Shown one piece after another: positions 24,883 through 35,393 of a DNA stretch of 64,000 bases. Both the position numbers and the translations under genes were made by a program. The notes under the pieces were generated by a model, which saw only the letters and a list, made by a program, of their open reading frames with translations, was not told where the DNA came from and did no database searches. Each line of letters begins with the position of its first letter. The stretch's first letter is position 1. The stretch is from Tubulanus polymorphus (taxonomy: Eukaryota; Animalia; Nemertea): NCBI RefSeq assembly GCF_964204645.1, contig NC_134036.1, positions 8,744,230 to 8,808,229 of the forward strand, read 5' to 3'.

Positions 24883-25545
24883 ATGGAACCAGAACAACCA
24901 CAAATTATCAATATTACAAATAACACTGGCGTTATAAACATATATTACAAGAAGTGTTCTAAATGTGAATTAGATAAATCATTAACAGAATTTAGTAAGC
25001 GTAAGACTAGCAAAGATGGTTTTCAATATTACTGTAAAACTTGCATTAAACTATAAACCAAACAATATCGAGAAGATAATATAGAACATTATAATTATTA
25101 TATGACAAAATATATGAGAGAAAGATATCAAACAGATTTTAATTTTAAAATGAAACAATGTTTGAGATCTAAAGTATCAAAATTATTCAGTAAAGAAAAC
25201 CACTCAGTTACACTAGCATATTTATTGGATTGTTCAGATAAATTCTTAAAATCATGGATTATATATCAATTCGATGATAAAATGAATATAGATAATTATG
25301 GGGATTATTACCATATTGATCACGTGTTACCAATATCTAAATTTAACATGAATGATGAATACAATAAAAAACTTATTTGGAATTGGAAGAATCTAAGACC
25401 TTTAGAAAAGAAAGAAAATCAAATCAAATCTAATAAAATAGATTTACAGTTATATTTGAATCAACTGGAAAAAGTAAAAAAATTTATTGAATTATGGAAT
25501 TCAACACATAATGAACAATACGTTGAGTCTTTAATGAGTGGTTAA
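24883..25545 (+). pseudogene. HNH endonuclease with an N-terminal CxxC...CxxC zinc ribbon (giant-virus/phage type)
   Basis: KKCSKC...F......DG....CKTC; YHIDHVLPIS...NWKNLRPLEKKENQIKSNK. In-frame TAA at 25054. Confidence 0.8.
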
Positions 25546-25795
25546 AGAATAATAGATTTTAAATAAAAAGTATTTAAAAAACAATAACTTCAACTAGCTA
25601 GCGAATTCTATTATATTTTTAATATTTTCTTTTCAAAAAGAGAATACTTTATATTTTGAATAGATCCGAATAGAAATTCTTTAAATTCAAATAGCTAGTA
25701 TCAGTAGTCAATACTAGAGTTCTTTAACTTTAACTATCTAGTATCATTTGAAGAATACTTATAATATTTTTTTTTGCTTTTTTTCTCTAATATAA

Positions 25796-26401
25796 ATGTC
25801 AAAGAAATCGAATAAGAATAATATTAAAGTTGAAAAAACTTTGGAAGATTTAGGTCTAACAGATGATAATGATAATGTGGCAACTAAATGTGATAATAAA
25901 ATTGATAGTAATATTGATTATGAATACTATTTATATTGTAAGCATCATCTAGAACTATTGATTGCGAGTGGAAAAACTAAAGAGTTTATTGGTAAAACAA
26001 TAACTTTTCAAGAATTAGATAATATGAATAAAGAAAAAGTAATAAAATATTTTAAGATTTATGAAGAAGCTCGATTAGCTAGAATAAATGATTCTATTTC
26101 AGATGGTATTGTCAAATGTTATTCTAAGTTATGTAACCAGTTAATACCAATTGATGATGAAAATAAATTATATAATGATTTGAAAAATGACTATTTAGTT
26201 ATGACTGAATTACAAAAATGGGTCAGTTATGCTTCATTCCAATTAGGATCGGTTATGACGTTGATTTCTACTGGAGTTATAACATTTTCGAACATCAAGC
26301 CTATGGAATATAAATCAGGTAAGAACGAAACAGATGTACTACAACCAAACAGTGAAACAGAAAATGAATCAAAACAAAAATCAACTAAAATAAATGAGTG
26401 A
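25796..26401 (+). CDS. Polinton hypothetical protein, 201 aa
   Basis: Intact ORF with a TAAATG start, inside the element. Confidence 0.75.
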   Translation: MSKKSNKNNIKVEKTLEDLGLTDDNDNVATKCDNKIDSNIDYEYYLYCKHHLELLIASGKTKEFIGKTITFQELDNMNKEKVIKYFKIYEEARLARINDSISDGIVKCYSKLCNQLIPIDDENKLYNDLKNDYLVMTELQKWVSYASFQLGSVMTLISTGVITFSNIKPMEYKSGKNETDVLQPNSETENESKQKSTKINE

Positions 26402-26780
26402 TGGAGTTAAGAAAAAGGCTAGATCAGAGAAACAAATTAAATGGGCAAGAGAATTAGGTAAAAGATCATCAGAATTAAAAAAAGCTAAGAAATAGAAATT
26501 AACTGATATAAATGAATCACCTGATGATGCCGTACGGCACCCACACGGTGGTATTGATTCAAATAATAATCCATCTAATTCTTCTAATGCTGGAAGTAAT
26601 TATAAATTATATATTACAATTGGATTAGTAACAGTTATTATATTATCCGGTGTAATATATAAATCAAAATTCAAATCTGATGATAAATATGATTCCGATG
26701 TTGATAAACCTATTATACCAGAAAATAAGTCAAATCATAAAGCCATTGAAACTAAATCTAAATTATTATTAATGGATTAA
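26394..26780 (+). pseudogene. Basic N-terminus plus single-TM protein (possible core/membrane protein)
   Basis: MSDGVKKKARSEKQIKWARELGKRS...LYITIGLVTVIILSGVIY...IIIMD; in-frame TAG at 26493. Missed by the ORF track. Confidence 0.6.
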
Positions 26781-26786
26781 AATAAG

Positions 26787-27872
26787 ATGAAAAAAGAACA
26801 ATATTTAAGAGATTTATATTATAACCCAGAAAGTGAAGTATCATATTCTAACGTTTCAGAATTATGGAATAAAATTAAATCTGATAATAGCAATATAAAA
26901 TATAGTGAATTAAAATCATGGTTACAAAATCAACCCACATATCAAATTCATAAAAAGATGGATAAAAAATATTTAACAAGAAAAGTAATGGTTTCATATA
27001 TTGACCAACAATGGCAAGCTGATTTAATTGATATGAAAAACTTAGAAGAATACAACGAAGGATATTTTTGGATACTAAATGTTATAGATATATTCAGTAG
27101 ATACGCATGGAGTATCCCGATTAAAAATAAAACTGGTATAGAAGTTACAAATTCTTTCAAATTAATATTTAAAGAAGCTATCCCAGATAAAATACAATTT
27201 GATGAAGGTAAAGAATTTTATAACAAACATTTTAAAAAACTATTATCTGATAACGATGTAGAATATTTTTCAACACATTCAGATAAAAAAGCATCTGTTA
27301 TAGAAAGATTTAATAAAACATTGAAAACTAGAATGTGGAAATATTTCACCGCTAATGAAACATATAAATATATCGATGTGTTAGATGATTTAGTGAAAGG
27401 TTATAATAATTCTAAACATAATTCTATAAATATGAAACCTATACAAGCTAGAAAAGAAGAAAATTCAGAAATAGTTTGGAATAATTTATATGGTGCGTTT
27501 GTTACACATGATTTTGGAGAACCTAAATTTAAAATAGGACAACATGTTAGAATTTCTAAATATCGAAAAACATTTTATAAAGGTTATACCCCTAATTTTA
27601 CTGAAGAAATATTCAAAATTAAAAAGATAATATTAACTAAACCTTTTGTTTATAAATTGTTTGATTTAAAAGATGAAGAAATATTAGGTTATTTTTATGA
27701 ACAAGAATTATCATTAGTACCAAATCCAGATGAAATAGAATACAAAATAGAAAAGGTATTGAAAACAAAAACTCTTAAAGGTAAGAAATATTCTCTGGTG
27801 AAATATAAAGGATATGATGATAAATTTAATGAATGGATTTTATCTAGTAAAATTAAAAGAATAAATGAATAA
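26787..27872 (+). CDS. Retroviral-like (rve) integrase with C-terminal chromodomain
   Basis: WQADLIDM, QFDEGKEF, IERFNKTLK catalytic DDE; YKIEKVLK...VKYKGYDDKFNEWI. Confidence 0.96.
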   Translation: MKKEQYLRDLYYNPESEVSYSNVSELWNKIKSDNSNIKYSELKSWLQNQPTYQIHKKMDKKYLTRKVMVSYIDQQWQADLIDMKNLEEYNEGYFWILNVIDIFSRYAWSIPIKNKTGIEVTNSFKLIFKEAIPDKIQFDEGKEFYNKHFKKLLSDNDVEYFSTHSDKKASVIERFNKTLKTRMWKYFTANETYKYIDVLDDLVKGYNNSKHNSINMKPIQARKEENSEIVWNNLYGAFVTHDFGEPKFKIGQHVRISKYRKTFYKGYTPNFTEEIFKIKKIILTKPFVYKLFDLKDEEILGYFYEQELSLVPNPDEIEYKIEKVLKTKTLKGKKYSLVKYKGYDDKFNEWILSSKIKRINE

Positions 27873-28479
27873 AGATTTGTTTATATTTGAACCACATAAT
27901 ATGTTAGTTACGGGAGTTACAAATTGTGGTAAAACACACTTCATATTATATTTATTAGAAACTATTTATAAAAATCATTTCGATAATATAATATTATTCT
28001 GCCCAACTTATGAAATGAATGAAACGTATAATAGAGATATAGTTTTTAAAGATAAAAAGTTTATTATATTAAATTCTAAAACAGTGAAAGATAATTTAGA
28101 TAATTGTATAAAAATTGCATTAGATATTTATAAAGGATCTAATACATTATTTATTATCGATGATTGCGCAAATTTACATGATTCTAAAATTAGAGAAAGT
28201 GAGTTATGTTATTTAGCTTTCTCTGGTAGACATTTTGGGATAACAACATGGGTTTTAAATCAGAAATATAATTCAATTGTGAAAGATTTTAGAGAGAATA
28301 TAAGATTTCTAGTTTTATTTTATAACAAAGATAGAAAATCTATGCAACAATCATTGGAAGAAAATCAAATTATACCTCCTGAATTACATGATGAATATAT
28401 GAATAAATTAAAGAATAATAAAGGTTCCAAATTACTTATGAGATTACAATTTCCATATGAATATAAATTTATAAAATAA
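27865..28479 (+). CDS. A32/FtsK-like genome packaging ATPase
   Basis: Walker A GVTNCGKT, Walker B LFIIDD, GRH motif, LNQKY. Confidence 0.93.
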   Translation: MNKDLFIFEPHNMLVTGVTNCGKTHFILYLLETIYKNHFDNIILFCPTYEMNETYNRDIVFKDKKFIILNSKTVKDNLDNCIKIALDIYKGSNTLFIIDDCANLHDSKIRESELCYLAFSGRHFGITTWVLNQKYNSIVKDFRENIRFLVLFYNKDRKSMQQSLEENQIIPPELHDEYMNKLKNNKGSKLLMRLQFPYEYKFIK

Positions 28480-28494
28480 CTATTTGTATACCTA

Positions 28495-28650
28495 TGTATT
28501 AGATACCCTAATACCTAATACCCCATTAGATACCCTAATACCTAATACCCCATTAGATACCCTAATACCTGATACCCTAATACCTGATACCCTATTAGAT
28601 ACCCTAATACCTGATACATACCCTAATACCCTATTAGATACCTTAATACT
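28495..28650. repeat. Short tandem repeat (GATACCCTAATACCT-based units) between convergent genes
   Basis: Direct reading. Confidence 0.9.
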
Positions 28651-28700
28651 TAAAAACCCCTTTTTTATTTACTATTATTTTATACAATTTTCAACCTTTA

Positions 28701-29549
28701 TTACTTTTTGAGTGTTAGATAATCACTTTCTGAATCACTTTCACTATAATCACTTTCAGACCCTAACAATTTATTCAAATGCTCTACCGTATCTTCATAA
28801 ATAATTGGTTTATTATTTTTCACCTTTTTCACCTTTTTTACCAAATCATCAATAGTTGTTTCATTGTTATGCTTATTCATCCAATCAAATTTATTATTAT
28901 TTTCTACTTTAAGTTTTATAGAATCTTTATTATCAATATGCTTATCTGTAACTATATCACCATGTGGGTGCTGTATGGTATCATTTTCATTATCATCTTT
29001 ATTAGTGTTTGCTCCTAATATTTCATTTACAATATTTGATCCTAATATTTCATTAGCATCGGTTAAATCTAATTCATCTTTATTAGGTGTTGTTAATAAA
29101 AAATCTTCATATAATTCTTTACCATTTACTTTTTTATTTGAAACAAATTTTGTAACATATCTAAATGGGTGTTCTATAAATTCTCTTCAACCAACACGTT
29201 CTATAACATTAGTAATATGTGAATTTGTATTCATATGTTTATTCCAATTTGATGGAGCGTTTGAAAATTCACCGTTACAATAACCACAATAATTTCTATT
29301 TTCACTAACATCTAATATTATTTTATTATTAGATGTAGAAGGTATTACATTATTATCAATTACACTATTATTAACAACACCACTTTAATTATTATTACGT
29401 TCAATTAAATATTCTTTGTATTGATTTAATTCATTTAATAAAAATGTTCCAATAAATTCATTTATTCTTTTATAAGGTATTATATAATACAAATCATCAT
29501 TGATTTCTTTATCAGCTTTGATTCTTTCATATACTTTACCTCCTTCCAT
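28701..29549 (-). pseudogene. Disrupted ORF with a C2H2-like finger remnant
   Basis: TAAATG start MEGGKVYERIK...; later YCG..CNGEFSNAPSNWNKHMNTNSH; acidic SESDYSESD tail; stops and frameshifts. Confidence 0.5.
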
Positions 29550-29581
29550 TTATTATATATATTTTTATTAAAGTTAAAATT

Positions 29582-30829
29582 TTAATACATAACACTATCT
29601 AATTGTGAATTTACAATATTTAATTGCGCGTCAGATATAATATAAATGTGCATTTTAAAATTTTTGATTCCCTTTTTCTTTGTCATGAATAATTGTATTC
29701 CATCTTTAGTGTTTTGTAGTTTTTTTCCAGAACCATGTAATGAATTATCTTCAGTTGTTCTAAAATCTAACCATAATGCATATTTATTACCGGTATAATA
29801 ATCAATTTGATTAATGTTACAATCTTCAGATGATTTCACTTTTTCATTCATAAAATGTTTTTTAATTTCTACCCATTGATCAATCATTCTCATTCCTTGA
29901 CAAAATATTTTATTCGCTATTCCTTCGATAGTTATTTCTACTTTTGTTATTTCAGGATTATAATAATTGTCAACATTTATTGCGCCATTAGTATACGTTC
30001 CAATGGTAAAAAATATTAATATACCTTTAATAGATCTTCTAGGGAAGTTAATATTCTCATTAATTATTTCATCATTTGCATTAATAGTTACAGTTTTAAA
30101 TTTATCAATATAATCATATAATAATGAAAACCCTTGATTATATTTAGTTTGAATTATACTTGAAATATTTTCATCAGTTACTGTATCATATTCTAAACAT
30201 ATATTCGATAATTTATAACTCATATCTTTATTAACGCTAGATAATACAATTTCATTTACAGGAGCAAATGTTATCTCAAATATAATATCTTCTTGAATTG
30301 CGTATTTATATAAAGGTGCATTATTATTTATCAATTCAAAATCTAATGGAATTTTATATTTGCTTCCATATATACTTTTTATTAATTTATCTACATCATT
30401 AGTTAATATTGCGCTATTAGCTTCTGATCTTAATTTATTTTGGTTTTCTGATTGGATTCCTTGAAATATCATATTATTTCTATTTTCTTTTGTTAACCAT
30501 AAATCTTTATAATGCATAAATAAATTATAATCATCTAATGAGAAAACTGTTTCTGGACCAATCTTTATTGTTAACTTTTTAATCAAATATCTTCCAACAT
30601 TATCAACGACATAATTATTATTATTACCGATTACTTTTATATCGGCTGATAAATAAATACTGTTTGGAACATAAAAAGTATTTTGTGTTAATCTAGGAAT
30701 TCTAACATATAAAGTTTCATCAGGATTAATATTAGAAGGGTTATGAGTAATTATATGATGTGATCTTTCTGCTTTAATAGCATTAGATATTCTATGATTC
30801 TTCGAAGGACTTATATAACTCCCACTCAT
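29582..30829 (-). CDS. Major capsid protein (double jelly-roll, Polinton/adintovirus hexon-like)
   Basis: 415 aa beta-rich ORF: NPSNINPDETLYVRIP, NVGRYLIKKL, IPLDF, LSNICLEYD, ALWLDFR...LHGSG; position among structural genes. Confidence 0.82.
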   Translation of the reverse strand: MSGSYISPSKNHRISNAIKAERSHHIITHNPSNINPDETLYVRIPRLTQNTFYVPNSIYLSADIKVIGNNNNYVVDNVGRYLIKKLTIKIGPETVFSLDDYNLFMHYKDLWLTKENRNNMIFQGIQSENQNKLRSEANSAILTNDVDKLIKSIYGSKYKIPLDFELINNNAPLYKYAIQEDIIFEITFAPVNEIVLSSVNKDMSYKLSNICLEYDTVTDENISSIIQTKYNQGFSLLYDYIDKFKTVTINANDEIINENINFPRRSIKGILIFFTIGTYTNGAINVDNYYNPEITKVEITIEGIANKIFCQGMRMIDQWVEIKKHFMNEKVKSSEDCNINQIDYYTGNKYALWLDFRTTEDNSLHGSGKKLQNTKDGIQLFMTKKKGIKNFKMHIYIISDAQLNIVNSQLDSVMY

Positions 30830-30854
30830 TTATTTAACAAAAAAATTAATTATT

Positions 30855-30925
30855 TATTTTTTGATATCATGGTTTACTTGATATTTTTTGATATCATGGT
30901 TTACTTGATATTTTTTGATATCATA
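30855..30925. repeat. 27-bp tandem repeat overlapping the 3' end of the 529-aa gene
   Basis: TTTTTGATATCATGGTTTACTTGATAT, about 2.5 copies. Confidence 0.85.
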
Positions 30926-32490
30926 TTTACTAAACCAAAAATAATAGCACTTACAACTGTAATTAAAAATAAAATAATATGTTCAGCAGCAAAGTTAATA
31001 ATGTTTCCTGCAGATTTCAATATAAAACCAACAATTGAAGCAATAACTCCTGGTAATGCTGCAGCAGATTTTTTAGATAGTTCCCATAAATATTTTGCTA
31101 ATTTTTTTAAACCATCCTTAACTTTATCTTGTATAGAATTATTGCCTGGAGGTTTATCTGGTTTGTTAGGAGTGGGAGTAGGAGTAGATTTAAAAGCATT
31201 TGATATTGCTAAACCAATTGTTGTAAATAACATAGTTACAGCTGTTAGAATTGAAAGAATTGTTATTCCTTCTAATTTAAATAATAACTTTATTCTGTCT
31301 TTTAATGATATTTCAGAATTTGGTTTAATCAACAAATCTTTAAAAATAACTTTTAATCTATTTATATTATAATCATATGATTTTAATAATAATTTAATTT
31401 CTTCTTTTTGTAATTCTATGTTATATTCTAAATCATCAATTTCTTTTTCTAAATATGCATTTCTTTTTTTAAATTCAATTTCTTCAATAACTTTATTATC
31501 TCTATCTAATTTTAATTGTTCTATTTCTTTATTTTTATCAGTTCTATCTTTTTCTAAAAATCTAATTTTAATATCTCTTTTACTTTTTTCATGCGCAATT
31601 TTATCAGCTGATTCTTGCATACCTTTAATTTCTCTACGTGCTTGTTCAGGAAATGCTTCTAATTCATCATCAGTTAAATCAAATAATCCTTTTTCTAGTA
31701 AAGATTGTATTCGATTTATTCCAGTTTCAGTACCGGGCGTATCTAAAACACTAATCATATCTTCTTCAAATGAATTCATTGTATCCAGTAAGTTATCTAA
31801 ACGTTTTCCTAATTGTAATTGACTTGAATCATTATCAATTTGTTGAGTGTCTCTTCTCGATGTTTCGGGTGTTGAAGATCTTAATTTATCTCTATTCTCT
31901 TCCATTTCCGTTTCTGGATTATTATCGATTATTTCAAATAATTCATTAATTCTTTGTTTAAATTCTTTTCTATTATTATCCCTTTCTTCTTGTGTAACAT
32001 CAGTTATTTCATTACTATTACTTATTCTCTTAATTCTATCTGGTTCTAACTTAAGCAAAGTTGATTCTGCTAATATTATATTTTGAGTTTTATAAGAGAT
32101 GTTAATATAATAATCATCTTTCAATTTATAATAATATTCACCATCTAAATATTTTAAATCTTTTACTAAAAGTCTGGCACCTCTGTAATTTTTATTATAT
32201 CCAGAATCTTTAAATACATCTTGAAACTTATATATAAATCCAATATTTTCTAAATCTTCCTTTTTTAAACCTTGATTTTCATTTTCAGGATTTATTCTCG
32301 ATCTAGTTCTTCTATCAAATTCATCTGTTGATGGGGCTTTAGAACCACTATCTGCTAAATTAGAATTATATGCTGATTCATCATCATTATCAATATTAGT
32401 TTTTGCATCATTATAATCATCATCAATATATCCTTCATTATTATTTCCCATGTCATCCAATGGAATATCTTCTCCACCTTCTACATCCAT
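30901..32490 (-). CDS. Acidic/coiled-coil protein with C-terminal amphipathic and hydrophobic helices (candidate membrane-active virion protein)
   Basis: EGITILSILTA...LPGVIASIVGFIL...HIILFL pattern recalled from animal Polintons of this group. Confidence 0.7.
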   Translation of the reverse strand: MDVEGGEDIPLDDMGNNNEGYIDDDYNDAKTNIDNDDESAYNSNLADSGSKAPSTDEFDRRTRSRINPENENQGLKKEDLENIGFIYKFQDVFKDSGYNKNYRGARLLVKDLKYLDGEYYYKLKDDYYINISYKTQNIILAESTLLKLEPDRIKRISNSNEITDVTQEERDNNRKEFKQRINELFEIIDNNPETEMEENRDKLRSSTPETSRRDTQQIDNDSSQLQLGKRLDNLLDTMNSFEEDMISVLDTPGTETGINRIQSLLEKGLFDLTDDELEAFPEQARREIKGMQESADKIAHEKSKRDIKIRFLEKDRTDKNKEIEQLKLDRDNKVIEEIEFKKRNAYLEKEIDDLEYNIELQKEEIKLLLKSYDYNINRLKVIFKDLLIKPNSEISLKDRIKLLFKLEGITILSILTAVTMLFTTIGLAISNAFKSTPTPTPNKPDKPPGNNSIQDKVKDGLKKLAKYLWELSKKSAAALPGVIASIVGFILKSAGNIINFAAEHIILFLITVVSAIIFGLVNMISKNIK

Positions 32491-32506
32491 TTACATAATA
32501 AAAAAA

Positions 32507-33895
32507 TTAAAATTTAAAATATAATATTCCTCCGATTACAATTCCTATACAAGTTATAGCTAATTTAGTATTTTCATGGGATTTATTATCATCATTTAGT
32601 TTAATTATATCATGTTGAATTTTATCAGTTTTTATATTTTCTGATGTATTGTAATCTTTTATTTTAGAATCATTATCCAATTTAATATTCTTAGTTTTAG
32701 TTTCAGTTGATTGAATATGTTTTTTATTTTTTTCACCTTCCATTAATTTTGGAGCAGTAATAATCTTTTTATTTATATCATTCAATCCAAATGAATTATT
32801 TATTGTTGCAGTTTTAATTAGATTATTATAACCAATTATATTTCCCATCTTTAATACTAAATCATTAGAAATAATTAATAGATTAGGGCCTATACAATAA
32901 TTAAGTCTTACATGAGATTTATCTAAATAATTTTGATATCTTATAATGTTTTCTGGAATCGATCTATTTTTATCATTATGTATGGAATCTTCAAATAAAA
33001 CTTTAAATTGTTTTTGTGTATCGAATGATGTATTCAAATTTCCAATTATTGGGGATCTTGTTTCAACTTGCGCACCTAAAATACAAATTAAATAAGTTCT
33101 AATAGATTGATTTATTCTTTCAATACCTGATTTAGTAAAACCTTCACTATTTTCTAAAATAAAATAAAGCCAACCATTATTGTTTTCTTGTTTTAAATTA
33201 TCATAAAATTTTGGTAATTTATTGAAATTTAATGTTTCTAAATCTTTTGTTTCTATTTTACCATAACCTAATTTATTATTATAGATATTATAAAAACTAT
33301 TAGATGGTATGGGAAGTGCACAATATTCTGCAATCTTTTTAGGGCATGGAAGTGATCTTATTGTTCCAATTTTTGTTCTAAAATCAGAATTATTTATATC
33401 TATATTAAATTCATTGCAAATTTTATAAAACTTTGATAAATTAATATTATTATCTAATTCTTTGAAATACCTAGATCCTGGTAAAGCGCACTCTAATTCA
33501 TTTAATATTATTCTGATTTGAAAGTATGTATGAAATCTAAATAAACTTTGAATTAATTTATATTTAGAATTATTTAAATGATCATTCCAGCTAATTCCAC
33601 ATCCTGTTGTTGCACAATAAACAGCAAAATTTAATTGGTTCTGCCAATACTTCATATTAGATTTTAATAACCATTGTTTTTCATCTTTCAATTTTTTAAA
33701 ATTAATTAAATATATATGAAATATATTTTCCATCTTTGCATTAAAATTATTAGTTTCAGTAACATAAATATATAAATCAATTAATGAATTTAAAACTTCA
33801 TTTCTATATGTAATATCTTTATTAAAATCTATTGCTGGAATATTATATTTAATTGATTTATTATATTGGAAAGCTTTTGGAAAACTATCTACCAT
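32507..33895 (-). CDS. Polinton hypothetical protein, 462 aa, C-terminal TM anchor
   Basis: Intact ORF; WQNQLNFAVYCATTGCGIS; ends LAITCIGIVIGGILYFKF. Confidence 0.75.
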   Translation of the reverse strand: MVDSFPKAFQYNKSIKYNIPAIDFNKDITYRNEVLNSLIDLYIYVTETNNFNAKMENIFHIYLINFKKLKDEKQWLLKSNMKYWQNQLNFAVYCATTGCGISWNDHLNNSKYKLIQSLFRFHTYFQIRIILNELECALPGSRYFKELDNNINLSKFYKICNEFNIDINNSDFRTKIGTIRSLPCPKKIAEYCALPIPSNSFYNIYNNKLGYGKIETKDLETLNFNKLPKFYDNLKQENNNGWLYFILENSEGFTKSGIERINQSIRTYLICILGAQVETRSPIIGNLNTSFDTQKQFKVLFEDSIHNDKNRSIPENIIRYQNYLDKSHVRLNYCIGPNLLIISNDLVLKMGNIIGYNNLIKTATINNSFGLNDINKKIITAPKLMEGEKNKKHIQSTETKTKNIKLDNDSKIKDYNTSENIKTDKIQHDIIKLNDDNKSHENTKLAITCIGIVIGGILYFKF

Positions 33896-33911
33896 TTATA
33901 TAATTAACAAA

Positions 33912-34346
33912 TTAATAATTTATTAATTCTTTTAATAATTTATCTTGTTCTTCAACTGTTATATGACCATTTAAACTTATTATATAATCTAGTGTGTTCT
34001 TTAATTTATTAATTTCTTTTATATTAGTTTTAATTTTTTCTTTATTACTTTTTATATTTAATTTTGAACTTATACCAGTTAAAACACTTGATGATAATCC
34101 TAATACACCAATTGATATAGCTAAAGGTGTTAATGGGCTGAATATTGCTAGAAATGTTATTACAGAACTAATTGTAACCGAACCACTTATAATTAAATAA
34201 TATATAATTTTACTTTTTAAATATTTTTTCTTTTTTATCTTTAAGTCACTTTCAAATTCTAATATTTGTTTTTCTAAATATGTTTTTAATTTAGTTTTAT
34301 TTATATCATGAGGAATAATATCAATACTATCAACTTTATCTTCCAT
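33912..34346 (-). CDS. Two-TM coiled-coil protein, 144 aa
   Basis: Intact ORF, central hydrophobic hairpin, TAAATG start. Confidence 0.7.
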   Translation of the reverse strand: MEDKVDSIDIIPHDINKTKLKTYLEKQILEFESDLKIKKKKYLKSKIIYYLIISGSVTISSVITFLAIFSPLTPLAISIGVLGLSSSVLTGISSKLNIKSNKEKIKTNIKEINKLKNTLDYIISLNGHITVEEQDKLLKELINY

Positions 34347-34365
34347 TTATTTAGAATAAAAATTA

Positions 34366-34788
34366 CTAATTAGTAAACTTATAAGCAACAAATATAACAA
34401 TAACAGTTCCACCTAAAATCCATATTATTTCATATTTCTGTTGTTCTTTACTCGGGGTATAATAATCTGATAATTTAGGTTTGTATAGATGTAATTTTTC
34501 TTTATTTGTTACTGCGTTATATAAACTCATTGCATCATCAACTGATTGAAAATCTCTATGTGAAATCTTCTGATCATATAATTCTTTATTGATGTAATCC
34601 ATATAGTTTTGCCTCTTTTCTCTATATTCTTCTGCAGCTTTATTGTATTTCTCTAACGCTAAGTTATGTCTTCTTTGTTCTCCTAATGAACTATTTTTAT
34701 CAATATGTTTAAATAAATAACCACCACCAGTAAATGCTAAAGCGTTAACAATTGCCGATCCTATAATAGTTATAATTGCAGAAGCCAT
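34366..34788 (-). CDS. Membrane-associated protein, 140 aa
   Basis: VNALAFTGGGYLF...EQRRHNLALEK and a C-terminal TM segment. Confidence 0.72.
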   Translation of the reverse strand: MASAIITIIGSAIVNALAFTGGGYLFKHIDKNSSLGEQRRHNLALEKYNKAAEEYREKRQNYMDYINKELYDQKISHRDFQSVDDAMSLYNAVTNKEKLHLYKPKLSDYYTPSKEQQKYEIIWILGGTVIVIFVAYKFTN

Positions 34789-34813
34789 TTATTTAGCAAA
34801 AAAAATTACACAT

Positions 34814-35035
34814 TTATATGGGAGGAATATATTTTTGTTTTTCCAAATAATCAATAGTTAAATTAGATAAAGTAACTGCTAATGTTAATTTCAAAATATC
34901 ATTGATATCAAATCTATCAACATTTACACTTCCCATTTTGAATACTTTTTTTAATACCATTGAATAACCAACCGTTCCAACTGATAGTAATGCGCCATTA
35001 TATAATCCAGTTATTATCCACTTATTATCACTCAT
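34814..35035 (-). CDS. Small hydrophobic protein, 73 aa
   Basis: Tightly packed ORF with a TAAATG start. Confidence 0.68.
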   Translation of the reverse strand: MSDNKWIITGLYNGALLSVGTVGYSMVLKKVFKMGSVNVDRFDINDILKLTLAVTLSNLTIDYLEKQKYIPPI

Positions 35036-35377
35036 TTATTTATCAAAAAAATTACTATCATCAAAATATTTAGTTATCTTATTTATGATTAATTCAACAT
35101 TTATTTTATTACTAGTTTTATGATTATCATATATTTTGGATAATATGTTTTTGATATCATCAATAATTCCATCTTCATTTAATTCGTAATATTCTAAAGG
35201 TGATTTAATTAAATCAATTACTTTTTCTATATTATACTTTTCTTTATCAATCATTGATGCATTGTTAAATGATTTACTTTTTATATCAGTAATTACGTCA
35301 TTTAGTTTAATTCTCATTTCTTTACCATGTTTAAAATCAAACCCAAAACATATACTCGGTCCAACAGTTATATTCAT
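35036..35377 (-). CDS. Hypothetical protein, 113 aa
   Basis: Intact ORF, TAAATG start, abuts the next gene. Confidence 0.62.
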   Translation of the reverse strand: MNITVGPSICFGFDFKHGKEMRIKLNDVITDIKSKSFNNASMIDKEKYNIEKVIDLIKSPLEYYELNEDGIIDDIKNILSKIYDNHKTSNKINVELIINKITKYFDDSNFFDK

Positions 35378-35393
35378 TTATATAATGAAAAAA

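Noticed and set aside
28484-28711. DTLIP-repeat ORF
   Set aside because: Translation of an intergenic short tandem repeat with a TTG start.
30794-32086. Plus-strand ORFs opposite the 529-aa gene, and similar antisense ORFs over env, gag and pol
   Set aside because: Shadow frames of real genes on the other strand.
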